DNA of 63,771 nucleotides, counting the filler, from Candidatus Nanoarchaeia archaeon (GTDB taxonomy: Archaea > Nanobdellota > Nanobdellia > Woesearchaeales > DATDTY01), in NCBI GenBank assembly GCA_035290625.1. It is 4 parts of 4 records of this genome, joined end to end, with 100 filler letters (N's around TTAATTAATTAA, not from the genome) between each part and the next. Parts side by side here need not be neighbours in the genome. Positions count along the whole stretch, not along the records: positions 1 to 31,862 come from DATDTY010000075.1; 3 more parts are not named here. One strand, given 5' to 3'. Made by a program: the position numbers and the translations under genes. The notes under the pieces are model-generated. The model saw only the letters and a list, made by a program, of their open reading frames with translations. It ran no database searches and was not told where the DNA came from. Shown one piece after another: positions 10,242 through 19,066 of this stretch (position 1 is the first letter of the stretch; the number at the start of each line of letters is the position of its first letter).

Positions 10242-11012
10242 CTAGAGACTGATGTATACTTCAGGTTTGTAATCCACTTCGTGGTTTGCAAGTTTAAAAT
10301 ATCTTGACGAAAAATATGCCGAGAAAGCAGTCTTAAACCACAAAGGCGTATTCGTATGGAATATTCCCATAGAATTTCCTAGAATTGCACGAAGCGCGTT
10401 TCTCTTGCAGGATTCGTAAAAAGGTCGTACCTTTAAAACTCCATGAGCAGAGAATTGCGATAACTCTTCTCTCGGAAATAAGTAAAGGTGATGCGGGAAA
10501 TCTTCTGCAATATCAACAAGCGCATCGTATCTCAGGTATGTGTCACCCATACGCTCAAATTCCTCTCCGGATTCTAATTCTCTTCCAAAAAGAATTAAAG
10601 ATGTAATCTGAAATCCAGGCAAGAATGCTTTTTTATTTCTTTCTTTAAGCTCTGAGCAGCTTAATGGAGCTCTGTTTCTCATCATCTCATTATCTATCAA
10701 GAATCCCTCAACACTTGCTATAAAATACTCCAGTATTCCGTGGCCATACAAATCAGACAATCTTCCAAAAAAAGAAGACGATCCTCCCGTGCCATTAAGG
10801 CCATGCAGTTTATTTATTTCAGCCTCTAATTGAGATTTAACCTCCGCATTGCCTCCTCCATTATCATTCAGATTATCCAGGTTCCGAAGGTAACAATAAG
10901 TCCCTAAAAATTCATGCAGTTTTTATTCTCCATAGATTGCCCCGATGAGCTCAGCAAAGTGTCTGGCAGATTTGACTTTTTCCTGTGCAAAAAAGTTTGT
11001 TTCAGTTAACAT
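10242..11012 (-). pseudogene. Squalene/phytoene synthase-like gene interrupted by an in-frame TAA
   Basis: ATG at 11012 after a TTTAAA box; single TAA at 10925-10923; motifs YCYLRNLDNLND and DIAEDFPHHLYLFPREEL resemble the class I isoprenoid synthase motifs. Confidence 0.55.
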
Positions 11013-11140
11013 TGTAAAGGCAAATGCGCCTTCATTTAAAAATATATCTCGCGTTTACTTAAGGGGTGAGGCGCTGCGATTCGTAAATCGAAATCTTTAT
11101 AAACAATCAACCCAAAGGCTGATTAAAAAGGGGTGGTTGG

Positions 11141-11530
11141 ATGGAAGAGTATGAAGAAATCCCTCTCAAAGGGCAGAAGCGTGATCTTCAGGATTCTCTT
11201 GATAACCTAACAAAGGAGCTGCGCACGCTTCATTCCTTGTTTCGCGATGCTGCTGAGGATGCCGGCCAGGGGAGCCCTGATGACTCTCATCAGCAGATCC
11301 TGGAAAAGCTGGACACCATTATTGACCAGAACAGGAAGATTGCAGAAGGCATTGTAGCTGTAGCTGACCTGCTCCAGAAGAGGCAGCCAATGGGGCAGCC
11401 GATGCCGCAGAGTCCGCAAGTTCGCATGCAACCGCCATTTATGCCTTCAGGCTTGCCTCCTCTCCCGCAGCCAGGCCCGCTTCCTCCATCAGGCATGCCG
11501 CCTCCTCCTAAAAAAGGGTTTATGAGATAA
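11141..11530 (+). CDS. Hypothetical coiled-coil protein with Pro-rich tail
   Basis: TATA box and GGGGTGG SD; LDTIIDQNRKIAEGIVAVAD helix, then P/Q/M-rich C-terminus. Confidence 0.8.
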   Translation: MEEYEEIPLKGQKRDLQDSLDNLTKELRTLHSLFRDAAEDAGQGSPDDSHQQILEKLDTIIDQNRKIAEGIVAVADLLQKRQPMGQPMPQSPQVRMQPPFMPSGLPPLPQPGPLPPSGMPPPPKKGFMR

Positions 11531-11531
11531 G

Positions 11532-11915
11532 ATGCAGAACGAGCAGAACGGATATCTAGTTCTCAGAAAGCCTGCGAATCCAAGGCTAGTCCGGCTCTTC
11601 CGAGCTTTAGTGAATGCGTGTCGCAGGCAAGCTTTGCCTGAATCTGAAATGGCTGCCCCGCAAATCTCCAGGGATGATCCTGGGGCGCTGAAGCAGGGGG
11701 AAGCAAAGGACGAGTTCCAAATCAACGAACCGCAAAGCAGGAATTACAACAGCCAGATTCTCGCTCTGAAGTCAACCCTCAGAGACCTCAAGAAAGGCTT
11801 CAGGCTGCTGAAAACCAACACACAGGATAAAAAGCGCTTCCGGGATCGGATCCGCAGCATTGAGCGTAAAATCCGCAAATGGGAGCATTATAAGACTAAA
11901 GATCCTTGCTCATAA
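11532..11915 (+). CDS. Hypothetical protein
   Basis: Starts 1 nt after the upstream stop; basic helical C-terminus. Confidence 0.55.
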   Translation: MQNEQNGYLVLRKPANPRLVRLFRALVNACRRQALPESEMAAPQISRDDPGALKQGEAKDEFQINEPQSRNYNSQILALKSTLRDLKKGFRLLKTNTQDKKRFRDRIRSIERKIRKWEHYKTKDPCS

Positions 11916-12081
11916 CCGTATTTCTTCCGTTGTCTTTTGCGCGCTTGCACGCATCCTTGATGAGGTCGATGACTTTCTGGTTCAGCTTATCCCCAAAGTC
12001 CCCGGAGACATTTAAGGCTTTGTCTTCCACCTTTGCATAATCCTTAATCCTTGACCTGATAACAATGCTATCTTCTGTCAT
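11896..12081 (-). CDS. Small histone-fold protein (archaeal histone-like)
   Basis: IVIRSRIKDY..NVSGDF..ACKRAKDNGRNTVMSKDL, including the RxTxxxxD motif; GGAGGTG SD. Confidence 0.85.
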   Translation of the reverse strand: MTEDSIVIRSRIKDYAKVEDKALNVSGDFGDKLNQKVIDLIKDACKRAKDNGRNTVMSKDL

Positions 12082-12157
12082 GACGACCACCTCCCCGGCT
12101 GCCTAAACCCTGCAGATTATATAAAGCTTGCGAATCTCAGCTGCGGTGAAAATCAGT

Positions 12158-12230
12158 GCTGCCGCCTCTTTGCGAGGCTCTTCTCATCACAATGCGCAGC
12201 GACAAGGGGGATGCCGCAGTAAAAACGTCG
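12158..12230 (+). repeat. Structured intergenic repeat, copy 5 (left half only, degenerate)
   Basis: GCTGCCGCC-tcttt-GCGAGGCT...AGCGACAAGGGGG; right half not recognisable. Confidence 0.7.
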
Positions 12231-12538
12231 TCGTCTGGCATTTTGGTGTGCCAAAGTGATGCAGAATTTGCGTATAGTCCAAGATGATGGCACCATCTCT
12301 ATCCACCTTCCACCTCCCCCAAAAAATAACTACTCAACAATAAACACTATAACTTGAAAACACCAACCATCGTCACCTTTTCTGAGTACTACCATTTTAC
12401 ACACCATTACCACCGTTCATTACAAAAATCTCTCCCAGTATACGAAATCGTAACATTTAAATACTAGCGTCACTACAAATCCAAGCTATTGTCCAATTAA
12501 AAAAGAGCCTCAGATGAGGTAAAAAAGCAGGTGATACC

Positions 12539-13597
12539 ATGATGGATTTTATAGTAAACGCTGCCCAGAAGCAGAGTGCGGCGATGCCAAACCCCCAGAC
12601 CATAGGCCACGCAAATATTAAAGTTATAGGCTGCGGAGGAGGAGGCTCAAATATGGTCTCCTGGCTTTACAAGAAAGGGGTCAGAGGCGCAGAGATCATC
12701 GCATGCAACACTGACCAGCAGCACTTGGAAATCACTGAAGCTGACAAGAAGTTCCTTTTAGGAAAAGATATCACCCGAGGCCTTGGTTGTGGAGGATTCC
12801 CAAAGAAGGGAGCTGATGCAGCCCAGGAGGCCTTGCCTGAGATAAAGAATGCGCTCTCAGGATCAGACATGGTTTTTGTATGCGCAGGCATGGGAGGAGG
12901 CACAGGAACAGGATCAGCCCCTATTATCGCTAAGGTTGCCAAGGAGAACGATGCAATCGTTATTGGGACAGTGACCATGCCATTCTCCATTGAGCGGGCA
13001 AGGATCGATAAGGCAGAGTTCGGGCTTGAGCAGCTGAGGGCAAACGCAGACACTGTTATTGTTATAGATAATAATAGGCTGGTCAAGATAGCAGGAAACC
13101 TTCCGGTCCAGCAGGCATTTGCAGTTGCCAACGAGCTGATCTCTACAATGATCAAAGGTATTGTGGAAACCATTGCCATCCCCTCTCTGGTCAACCTTGA
13201 CTTTGCGGATGTCAAGGCAATCATGAAAGGAGGCGGTGTTGCAGCCATTGGAGTTGGAAGCTCAGACACGACAAACAAGGTCAAGGAAGCTGTGACAGGA
13301 GCGCTTTCCAATCCTTTGCTGGACATCAGCTACAAGGGCGCAACAGGAGCCTTGATCCATATAGAAGGCGGCCCTGATATGACCCTTGAAGAAGTGAGCA
13401 AGGTTGGAGATCTGGTGACAGAAAACCTTGATGAGGATGCAAATGTGATCTGGGGAGCAAGAGTAAACAACGACATGAAGGGAAAGATGATTGTGATGAC
13501 GATTATCACCGGAGTTGTCTCACCCTGGATTGTCGGAAAGCAAGGACGCAGGCAGGCTCAGCCCTCCCAGGATATCGGTGTAGAGATAATAGAGTAG
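12539..13597 (+). CDS. ftsZ: Cell division protein FtsZ
   Basis: IKVIGCGGGGSN, GMGGGTGTG, VNLDFADV. Confidence 0.98.
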   Translation: MMDFIVNAAQKQSAAMPNPQTIGHANIKVIGCGGGGSNMVSWLYKKGVRGAEIIACNTDQQHLEITEADKKFLLGKDITRGLGCGGFPKKGADAAQEALPEIKNALSGSDMVFVCAGMGGGTGTGSAPIIAKVAKENDAIVIGTVTMPFSIERARIDKAEFGLEQLRANADTVIVIDNNRLVKIAGNLPVQQAFAVANELISTMIKGIVETIAIPSLVNLDFADVKAIMKGGGVAAIGVGSSDTTNKVKEAVTGALSNPLLDISYKGATGALIHIEGGPDMTLEEVSKVGDLVTENLDEDANVIWGARVNNDMKGKMIVMTIITGVVSPWIVGKQGRRQAQPSQDIGVEIIE

Positions 13598-13604
13598 GTG
13601 CCCC

Positions 13605-14333
13605 ATGGTAGACAAAGAAAAAATAATCCAGCGCATGGTTAACGCCATCGCAGAAGACAATAAGGACTTTTTCGGAAAGGAGAACACGGACAGCTTTAAG
13701 CGAATCCTTCCGGCATTATTGAAGAGAGGTGTGGACAACATCAACCTTGCGATGTTTCCGGACTCTGTGCGGTCTACAGTCCTCGAGACCTTGGGAGAGG
13801 AGTACCGCAGGAGAGGAAGCCTGTCAGACGCTGTAAAGTGCTATGTGCTGACGGGGAACCGGAAGAGGATATCTGAAGTCGGCCAGGAGTATGAGCGCGT
13901 TGGCAACCGGAAGGAAGCGATTGCCTCGTATGTCATTGCAGACAACAGAGAGAAGCTGCTCGAGCTGGGGACTATTGCTCTGGAAGACGGCCATGTCGTT
14001 GAATCCATCATGGCCTTTAAGGCGATTGACAACCGGGAGGGCCTGCTTTTGGTAGGCCAGGATTGCCTTGCCAAGGGAAGATGGGATGCTGCATTTGAAG
14101 TCCTCTCACTCGTGAATGAAGTTGGCAAGCTTACGGAATTAGGCGAGAAATGCCTTGCTGATAAGCAGTACAGCACTGCCATGAAGGCATTTCAGGCAGC
14201 GAATAACACTGAAGGCATCAATAAGGTAGGAGACACCTGCCTTCGCGAAAACCTCTTCGAATTTGCCCTTGAAGCATATGCACTCTCAAAGAACGATGTT
14301 ATGGTATCCTTTATCAAGGAGAACTTTGGTTAA
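13605..14333 (+). CDS. Alpha-solenoid (TPR-like) repeat protein
   Basis: About 29-aa repeats of type LxxxGxxxLxxgxxxxAxxaf; in an apparent operon with ftsZ. Confidence 0.8.
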   Translation: MVDKEKIIQRMVNAIAEDNKDFFGKENTDSFKRILPALLKRGVDNINLAMFPDSVRSTVLETLGEEYRRRGSLSDAVKCYVLTGNRKRISEVGQEYERVGNRKEAIASYVIADNREKLLELGTIALEDGHVVESIMAFKAIDNREGLLLVGQDCLAKGRWDAAFEVLSLVNEVGKLTELGEKCLADKQYSTAMKAFQAANNTEGINKVGDTCLRENLFEFALEAYALSKNDVMVSFIKENFG

Positions 14334-14334
14334 C

Positions 14335-14619
14335 ATGGAAAGCGTCACCATGGATGCATTGCTTGTAAGGCAGCTTGAGGTGCTTTTTGACCTCCAGCTT
14401 AAGAAGATTAGGAACGAGTGCAGTATATTGAATGATTCCCTGGATGGGCTGAAATCCGAGATTCAGATGCTCAAAAGGCAGATGAATGAATTTAAATCCA
14501 GGCCAGAGCCGGCTGTGCAGGCTCCTCACTCTGCCCCTGTTGCGCAGGAAGCGCAAAAGCCAGAGCCATTTACTCCAGGAAACACCCCCCTAGACAAGCT
14601 GTTCTACTACGGCAAATGA
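14335..14619 (+). CDS. Small coiled-coil protein
   Basis: Heptad region, Pro/Ala linker, C-terminal LDKLFYYGK; directly follows the upstream gene. Confidence 0.75.
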   Translation: MESVTMDALLVRQLEVLFDLQLKKIRNECSILNDSLDGLKSEIQMLKRQMNEFKSRPEPAVQAPHSAPVAQEAQKPEPFTPGNTPLDKLFYYGK

Positions 14620-14939
14620 AACCCCTCACATATCGGTGCGGAAACTGCGAGCTCAGCATGACGAGCCAGGACTCAAGGTACAGCAAGGATGGAAAGACCC
14701 TGCTCTGCGTTGATTGCCATAGTGTGATCTACGGCAAGAGACCGTCGCATATGGTTATGGTTCCAAATAAGCGCGATGCTGTGATGAACAGGCCAGTGAT
14801 GATATGTGAATCCTGCAGGTATCGCTTTAGGGTCAGGAGCCTTGATGGCAACAGGTGCCCGAACTGCGACTCTGCCTCAATCACCCGGTATGAGACCGAT
14901 GTAGACAAAATTCTGAAAGAGATCAGCCAGCTTCGGTGA
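14616..14939 (+). CDS. Double zinc-ribbon protein
   Basis: Four CxxC pairs (CGNC, CVDC, CESC, CPNC); ATGA overlap with the upstream gene. Confidence 0.8.
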   Translation: MKPLTYRCGNCELSMTSQDSRYSKDGKTLLCVDCHSVIYGKRPSHMVMVPNKRDAVMNRPVMICESCRYRFRVRSLDGNRCPNCDSASITRYETDVDKILKEISQLR

Positions 14940-14952
14940 TCAATCTTCAGCC

Positions 14953-15214
14953 GGCGGCATTGAAAAGATATGCAATGCCCTTTGTGAGCCTTCTATTCAA
15001 AACACAGAACAGCGACAAAGGGGGTGCTCAACCAAAACGCCTTCTGGCGGTTTGGTGTGCCAAAAGAGCATGGCTCTTTTTAGCACCATACGGGAAATGT
15101 CGCTTCCCCTGAGAATACACAGGAGGCGAACTGCTCCGAAGGAGCGACCAAAAATGCGAAGCATTTTTGAGTATCGGCATTGCCGAACGAAGTGAGAAGC
15201 TTTTCAATGCCGCC
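14953..15214 (+). repeat. Structured intergenic repeat, copy 6 (longest, all optional modules)
   Basis: GGCGGCATTGAAAAG/CTTTTCAATGCCGCC; core plus GCTCC-GAA-GGAGC, AAAAATGC-GAA-GCATTTTT and CGAAC-GAA-GTGAG. Confidence 0.93.
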
Positions 15215-15283
15215 TTTCATCCGGTCGTTAGCAGATACTTTCATCCAAAAGATTAATAAAGGTGTACTAAGAATACCCCCTCT

Positions 15284-16147
15284 ATGTCCATTAAAGCACA
15301 GATCTCCAGGCTGAAGGAAAACTGGCTTCTCGTTGCCTTGGTCTTGTTCGCAGTCTTCTTTGTAAGCGGCCTTCCATCTTCACTCAATGCGTCCATGCAG
15401 AAAAATCTTGAATTCGCGACTCTCGGCATGAGCGAGCAATTCAGCCGAGGCATCTTTCCTGAAACTGGCTTTGCTCCGGAGGTTGAAATACGCAAGATTG
15501 TCAAGTCTGCAAGCCTGACTGCCGAGGTGAAGCGCGGAAAGTTCCGGGATTCAGAAAAAGACCTTCGCGATATTGTCTCAGATGCCGATGGGCTTATTTT
15601 GAACGAGAATGTGGGCACCTCTGGATCAGGAGTGGACTCCAGGCTCTATGGAAGCTACAGCCTCAGGATTCCATCGGAAAACTATGACGCAGTTGTTCAG
15701 GAGATAAAAAAACTGGGGGAAGTAAAGACGTTTTCCGAGAACACCCAGGACATCACCGGAAGCTATACTACCGCCAGGATTAATCTTGAGTCTGAGCAGA
15801 GGAGGCTGGAGAGCTTTAAGAGGATGGTGGAATCGGCAACAGAGGTAGCAGACAAGATACAGCTTACAGACCGCATCTTTGACCAGGAGCGGCAAATAAA
15901 ATTCCTGGAGGAGCAGCTTTCCACTGATGATGAAAGGATTGACTACACCTCAATCTTTGTGACTTTGCAGGAGAAGGCGTCAGGCTTTGCAGGAATCGTG
16001 CTCATCAGATTCTCCGAGATCGTAAAGGGCCTGGTGAACAGCTTTAATTCCCTGGTCATGCTGGTGACTGTTGCGCTCCCCTACGCTGTTGCGCTGGTTA
16101 TCCTTCGGGTTGTCTACGTCTGGCATAAGAAGAAATCAAGATTCTGA
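15284..16147 (+). CDS. DUF4349-family membrane protein
   Basis: RKIVKSASL, SLRIPSENYD, QDITGSY, coiled coil, IDYTSIFVTLQE, C-terminal TM. Confidence 0.85.
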   Translation: MSIKAQISRLKENWLLVALVLFAVFFVSGLPSSLNASMQKNLEFATLGMSEQFSRGIFPETGFAPEVEIRKIVKSASLTAEVKRGKFRDSEKDLRDIVSDADGLILNENVGTSGSGVDSRLYGSYSLRIPSENYDAVVQEIKKLGEVKTFSENTQDITGSYTTARINLESEQRRLESFKRMVESATEVADKIQLTDRIFDQERQIKFLEEQLSTDDERIDYTSIFVTLQEKASGFAGIVLIRFSEIVKGLVNSFNSLVMLVTVALPYAVALVILRVVYVWHKKKSRF

Positions 16148-16323
16148 ATTGAATTCTTACGAGTTTGACTCGTTAGCTTGCACGATTGGCCGATCACCCC
16201 ACGAAGTGATGGGCGGAGAATGAATTTCTGAGTTCCTATTTTCTGTGTTGCAATGAATTTGACTATCTTATAGTAATAACTTTTGGCAAACTTTATATAG
16301 GGCTGCAGACCCCCTCTCACCTT

Positions 16324-17454
16324 ATGACGAATACTTCCCTCATCCAAAGAAGAGACCTTGAGAAAGCATCTGATCAGGACAGGTATCGCTTATACTTTGA
16401 GCGCTATGGAATCACTCCTGAAGAGATAGCGAGAATCTGTTCAAAGGCAGGATTTGAGAAGGTTTGGGCTGCAGGAAGGACTCTTGTAGAGCATTGCAGG
16501 GGTAAAACATTTTCCATTCCTCAAAAGAAAGTGAGCGCCCAAATCTCAGAAACAACTCTGGCAGGACTAATAGCTGAAGAATGGGATGGAAACTATGGCA
16601 GGCATTCTTCCAATGTAAGTGGTACACTTTTAAATAGGTATCCATCGGAACTTCCCAAGCTAAAAAGAGGCTTTCCAGACATTCAGGTTAATTCTACTCA
16701 TCTCTTCCGAGAAGAATTAGGCATCTATGCAGGCAACCTGTTTGAGGCTGTTAGGCAAGGCCATGAGTTTTATGCAAGCGCAGATGATTTGAGAGAGTCA
16801 ATCTGCGTTCCTCTGGAATGGAACTATGATGCTGGACTAATGGCAGGAATAGGCCTGGCTGAAGGAGCTGTCCAAAGGATGAGGCTAGAAAGTGGCCCTA
16901 AGGCTATTGATATACTTCTAAAAAGTAAGAGAGAAGGCGCTTCCGGACTGCATGATAGCATCTGTAAAGTGTTGCAGTCAGCTTTCAATTTCACGACTAA
17001 CCCTTATAGTTCAGAGGACGGAACTGCAAGTTATGTATCTATAAATAGCTCAGCGGTTGCCACATGGATCAATAACCTTTTTCCTTTGCGGCAACGAACA
17101 TATGACGGCGAGTTTCTGGCTTTTGTAGGAGACGATGTAAAACTTGGTTTTTTCGCAGCATATATTGCAGCAAAGGGAAGGTATCAAGCCGGCACGCTCA
17201 TGACAAACTCTACGCGTAAACATATTCTTGAGGACTTACATGAGATTGCGGCATCAGCTAATTTAGGCAGCACTCTCCTGGGGCCCTATCAGTTGCGCGC
17301 TCGCTTTAAGGACTGTATGTCTGAATCATATCGTCTCCGGATACATCCGCACTCAGTCATCACAATGTATGAGAAAGGCATGCTTCTCAATCCAGCGCAT
17401 GAGGAACAAGTCAAGAAAAGGCTTCATGAGGGCCGCACTTGCATTCAAAACTAG
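16324..17454 (+). CDS. Degenerate double-LAGLIDADG-like protein
   Basis: Motif 1 GLMAGIGLAEG, motif 2 GFFAAYIAAKG; YVSINSSAVATW and YRLRI strands. Confidence 0.55.
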   Translation: MTNTSLIQRRDLEKASDQDRYRLYFERYGITPEEIARICSKAGFEKVWAAGRTLVEHCRGKTFSIPQKKVSAQISETTLAGLIAEEWDGNYGRHSSNVSGTLLNRYPSELPKLKRGFPDIQVNSTHLFREELGIYAGNLFEAVRQGHEFYASADDLRESICVPLEWNYDAGLMAGIGLAEGAVQRMRLESGPKAIDILLKSKREGASGLHDSICKVLQSAFNFTTNPYSSEDGTASYVSINSSAVATWINNLFPLRQRTYDGEFLAFVGDDVKLGFFAAYIAAKGRYQAGTLMTNSTRKHILEDLHEIAASANLGSTLLGPYQLRARFKDCMSESYRLRIHPHSVITMYEKGMLLNPAHEEQVKKRLHEGRTCIQN

Positions 17455-17512
17455 GAAGCTATCCTGAATCAACAAAACTAGAGATACTCCTCAACCCTGA
17501 ACTCCCTCTTGC

Positions 17513-17676
17513 GGTCGCATTGAAAAGTGATGCAATGCCTTCTTGTGAGCCTCTGAAATAAAAGAGAGATCAGCGACACAGGGGATGCTCCACACGGGAA
17601 ATGTCGCTTACCACATCTATAAGCGCGAGGCGAACTTGGCATTGCCGAACGAAGTGAGCAACTTTTCAATGCGACC
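17513..17676 (+). repeat. Structured intergenic repeat, copy 7
   Basis: GGTCGCATTGAAAAGT/ACTTTTCAATGCGACC; GT-GA-GCCT/AGGC-GA-AC; AGCGACA/TGTCGCT. Confidence 0.92.
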
Positions 17677-17720
17677 CCTCTTGCACAACTTATTTAAACC
17701 CGCCCTTGTTGGAGGAATGG

Positions 17721-18482
17721 ATGGTCTTTTACTACAGCCTTGATCCGGTCCTCTTCCATCTTGGCCCATTGGAGATACGCTGGTATGGCATCATCTATGT
17801 TCTCGGCTTTGTGCTTGCCTACTTCATGCTGAAGTATCTGGTTAAGCTCAAGAAGCTGCCTCTCTCAGCAAAGGATATTGAAGACTTAATGTTCTACGAG
17901 ATGATAGGAGTTGTGATTGGCGCAAGGATATTCTATATCCTCTTCTACAACCTATCATCGTATGCTGCGAATCCTCTCTCTGTATTTGCAGTCTGGCAGG
18001 GCGGCCTAAGTTTTCATGGCGGCCTGGCAGGCGCCTTTCTCGCAGGCTGGCTCTTCTGCAGAAAAAGAAACTTTGATTACCTGGCTCTTGCTGATCTCGT
18101 CGTCATCCCGGCAAGCCTTGCCCTTTCTTTTGGCAGGATTGCCAACTTCATCAACGGAGAGCTTGTCGGAAGAGTGGCCACTGTTCCCTGGGCAGTCCAG
18201 TTCCCTGGCTATGACGGAGCCAGGCATCCTTCCCAGCTCTATGAATCTGGAAAAAACATCCTCATCTTTTCTATGCTCTGGATTCTGAAGAACCGGGAGT
18301 ATAAGAAGGGAACCCTCTTTGCAGCATTTATCATCCTCTATTCATCCCTCAGGTTTTTCATCGAGTTTTTCAGGGCCCCCGATCCCCAGCTGGGATTTTT
18401 GGTGTTTGGCCTGACCATGGGGCAGATCCTCAATATCGCGATGCTCATGATTGGGCTGTGGGTGTTCTACAAGACACGATGA
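17721..18482 (+). CDS. lgt: Prolipoprotein diacylglyceryl transferase (bacterial type)
   Basis: GPLEIRWYG, GARIFY, WQGGLSFHGG, GRIANFINGELVGR, RHPSQLYE, RFFIEFFR, LTMGQ. Confidence 0.95.
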   Translation: MVFYYSLDPVLFHLGPLEIRWYGIIYVLGFVLAYFMLKYLVKLKKLPLSAKDIEDLMFYEMIGVVIGARIFYILFYNLSSYAANPLSVFAVWQGGLSFHGGLAGAFLAGWLFCRKRNFDYLALADLVVIPASLALSFGRIANFINGELVGRVATVPWAVQFPGYDGARHPSQLYESGKNILIFSMLWILKNREYKKGTLFAAFIILYSSLRFFIEFFRAPDPQLGFLVFGLTMGQILNIAMLMIGLWVFYKTR

Positions 18483-19066
18483 ATTCCGACAAACTTGCTA
18501 TGGCTGGTGCAGGATTCCTGCTTGTGGCAGTCCTTGGCCTTGTCAGCTCTCTTGATTTTCTTTTTCCTGCGCCTCCTCTTGATCTGGCAAGCTTAAGGGT
18601 GAATGCAACCCTGCTTGAATCCCTTGCTTCGGATGCGCCTGTCACGCTTCTGGTCTTTACCGACTATGGATGCGGCCCCTGCAAGTCCCTCTACTCCGTT
18701 CTTGAACGAATCAAGGGAGGATATGGCGAGAATGTCGCAATCATCACAAAGTTCATGCCATCCAAAGACGGCAAGCTTGAAACCGGCCTTGCTGCAGAGT
18801 GCGGGAATGATGCTTTCAGGATGTATCTCTACCTTGGCCAGGGCAAGGATCCTCTGGCCTATGCTGAGATGGCAGGCCTTGGCAATGAGACTGTTCTTGA
18901 CTGCATGAGGAATACATCAACCCAAGACAAAGTTTTGGAGGGAATCGAGCTTGGAACAAAGCTCGGCGTTACAGGCCTTCCAACATTATTCATGAATGGG
19001 GTTGCTGTCGAAGGCGCTGCATCCTATTCAGAGCTGAAACTGCTTATTGATTCGGAGCTCCAATGA
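18479..19066 (+). CDS. DsbA/BdbD-like thioredoxin-fold protein, membrane anchored
   Basis: APVTLLVFTDYGCGPC, GVTGLPTLFMNG. Confidence 0.85.
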   Translation: MNSDKLAMAGAGFLLVAVLGLVSSLDFLFPAPPLDLASLRVNATLLESLASDAPVTLLVFTDYGCGPCKSLYSVLERIKGGYGENVAIITKFMPSKDGKLETGLAAECGNDAFRMYLYLGQGKDPLAYAEMAGLGNETVLDCMRNTSTQDKVLEGIELGTKLGVTGLPTLFMNGVAVEGAASYSELKLLIDSELQ

